From the NCBI GenBank assembly GCA_004764695.1, contig SMSO01000014.1:6314029-6378028 (forward strand): a stretch of DNA of 64,000 bases, given 5' to 3'. Positions 61,626 to 64,000 of the stretch are shown here, one piece after another. The notes under the pieces were generated by a model. The model was not told the DNA's origin, ran no database searches, and saw nothing but the letters and a program-made list of their open reading frames with translations. This stretch comes from Schizochytrium sp. TIO01 (lineage: Eukaryota; Protista; Bigyra: Labyrinthulomycetes). Numbering within the stretch: the first letter of the stretch is position 1; the number at the start of each line of letters is the position of its first letter. The translations under genes were made by a program, and so were the position numbers.

Positions 61626-64000
61626 CTTGGCTCAAACAATGTACGCACAGCACTCCTCCGACGCTAACGTAAGCCGCAAGTATTTCCAGTGTTGGTGAAA
61701 GCGCAGGTCCTTTATACCAATGGCCACGCTATTCAGGGTCCGCCGGCGCTCTCACGCAAGAACAACGCTCGAACCCTCCAAGCGTGCCAATGGCATGCGG
61801 TTTTTCTTCACGTGAAAGAAAATTGTCCTGGCAGCGTCATCCGCGCTCTGTAAACCCCCAGTGCATTCTAAAATGTATGTGTCAATTGTAAGTCAATAGA
61901 ATGTCGATACCGGAAAAGGCTACGCTCGGGTAGGACTTGCAATTTCACAGAACATGGAAGGGAAGCTGAGAACCTTAAGGAGGTGTACACAAGCTGGACG
62001 TTGGAATTCACGCAGCGCAACTCTTAAGGTGCTCGCTATAATGGATAACCAAACTGAGAGTAGGATCTGCCTGCAATTAATAGATAGCTCAAGAACAAAA
62101 AAGCTTCGGAATATTTTTTCATGAATAGGGAATCGCACCAAGAGCTGTGTACTATCGCTTGTCCAGATCGCTTTCAGCTTGTGATATGCAAGTACAGTGC
62201 TAGAGACCTGACATACCTCTCACATCCTTTTCTTCGGAATGCGTTAGAAACATTTTTTAATTGATTAATTAAAAAAAGAAAAGAAAAAAGGATTGTTTAT
62301 TTATGGAGTAGGAGAGGTGTGTACTCAATGTACTAGTAAGTATTATTAGTTTGTTCTCCAAGAGGTTGTTCATGTCTATTCAGTTGAAGAAACGCCTAAT
62401 GATCCATTTTACTCTCTAAGAGAGTAGGTAGTGCGCTCTCTCTTTTTTGCTGTATTCTTAGTTAGTTCTTTGCCACTTTCTCTGGTTTGCTTACTTTATC
62501 TCAAACCTTTCTAACTTTGCGACTATATGACTTACAACGGCTCAGCGCACGCAAGCCTAAAGTAAATAGGCTTTTATTTTTTGGGGGTCAACACTTTAAA
62601 GTTATATCAAAGATGAAGAGGGGTCCAGATTAAGTACAGATAGCCTGGCATCGTCATGAGATACATGCGTGCGTGCATTGATACAAGCGATTTCTGATTA
62701 TGCATTAGCTTTACTGAAGCAGGCTCTTGTTAATCAAGAGTCCGTCTTGATAAAGGAGTGTAATTCTTAAACGTTGATCTTTGAGGTAACATAGCAAAAA
62801 TCTCCGAGAGATCAGGAAGTAAGGCTAGGTAGGGGGGAGGGTCAAACATGGGAGGACTTGTGCAAAATGCCTGGTTTTCCCGTTATTTATACAGCGCGGG
62901 GCAATTGATGCACAAATTGCCGCCGTATTTTGCCAGGAAAAACATATGGATTTCTACCTAATTTAATTAACACCTCAGCAGTTGTGGGGATTCCCCATTC
63001 GAAATAATCTAGAGCTAGGGTTCTCATAAATAGTGGTGGCGAGCTGTCAATGTCATATAACTTCATTTGATAACAGATTCACCAGAAGAAAGTCGTCTAT
63101 TTGTTGCTGTTTAATTGAGCTATGTTCCTGCATTGTCGATCATTGTCCATCTTTGTATGCAGAGGTGGTGACCTATTGCATTAATTTCATTGTAGCAAAG
63201 CAATAAAATAAGTGAGAGACAAATAAGAAAGGGATTTGAGCAAAACGAAATATTCTGCAAAGTTTGAAATATTTCACGAAACAAATATATGTCGAGGTTT
63301 CAGGAATTATAATCCAACTTTATTATAACTTATGACATTGCATTCCTAGTTACTCTTAAATTCAGCAATCAAAACTGATAAATCGTTCTTTCGTTTCCTT
63401 AATGTTTATTACACAAGAGTTTAACTCATGTATTTTTTTGCTACTTTTATAATTAAGTACGCCTCTCGAAAAGGCATAATAGGAGAGTCCTTGAAATCAA
63501 TATTTTCTACGAAATGCGTTCTATCCATGTATCGCTTACATAGAAATCCTTCTGACAGGCATCTAAGTTTTAACAAAAAAGAGAAGAGGTGTGTCCATGT
63601 CAAAATTGACATCTAGCACCTTCAGGAAAAAAAGCATCGCATTGTGTTGACTTCTTCAGGCTTTGAAATGCCCAGTCACATGTATGAATTCCGCAATTCC
63701 TTCTCCATGAAATAATTATTGTCAGATGTCTTGAAATATATATATGTGCATCCTCTCCCGCATGATGGCGGCCCTTTTATCAAGCTTCCTTCATACCTCC
63801 ATCGCTTCACCCCAGCATCTTGATTTCCGTGGCTGAGTCTTTCAAGTTTCACCCAGACTCAAAATCCATGAAATCACCAAATCATCAACTGGGGCCTAGC
63901 GTAACACATAAGCACCTCCTAGGCAATACCTAACGACCGCGCATGAACTGCCGGTGAATAGTCTATTGAGGAGTGCCCTCGCCAGTAGGTTATAGCTATT

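Noticed and set aside
63421-63850. Minus-strand fragments with a YEG...GRG (MORN-like) look
   Set aside because: A single weak match interrupted by stops; not supportable.

Overview
Eukaryotic nuclear DNA, not prokaryotic. It has GT-AG introns with CTRAC branch points, abundant microsatellites and mostly intron-poor genes. Gene content and composition suggest a stramenopile, most likely a thraustochytrid/labyrinthulomycete (inference). Housekeeping genes recognised: a CTL/SLC44 choline transporter-like protein, two small spliced mitochondrial membrane genes whose full spliced form is not in the ORF track (NDUFC2/B14.5b and a Tim17/NDUFA11-type protein), an ICL/PEP-mutase family lyase, PP1, syntaxin-18, Rab18, an SLC35B-type transporter, twinfilin, folylpolyglutamate synthase, ethanolamine/choline kinase and an MDR oxidoreductase. 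The most striking structure is barely visible in the ORF track. Two stand-alone ribonuclease-inhibitor-type LRR genes (45883-47446 +, 10 exons; 58847-61625 -, 17 exons) carry nearly every ~28-aa repeat on its own ~84-nt exon, with phase-2 introns at the same position in each repeat. This is a cassette architecture suited to exon shuffling or skipping, and one of the two ends in a CaaX prenylation box. Also notable are a Crinkler-type REase+kinase gene in an AT-rich island, a probable LRR-PP2C fusion split across two frames, a 14-bp tail-to-tail CDS overlap, and a recurrent TAGGTA/TACCTA upstream motif. No tRNA, rRNA, CRISPR array or intact transposon was recognised.
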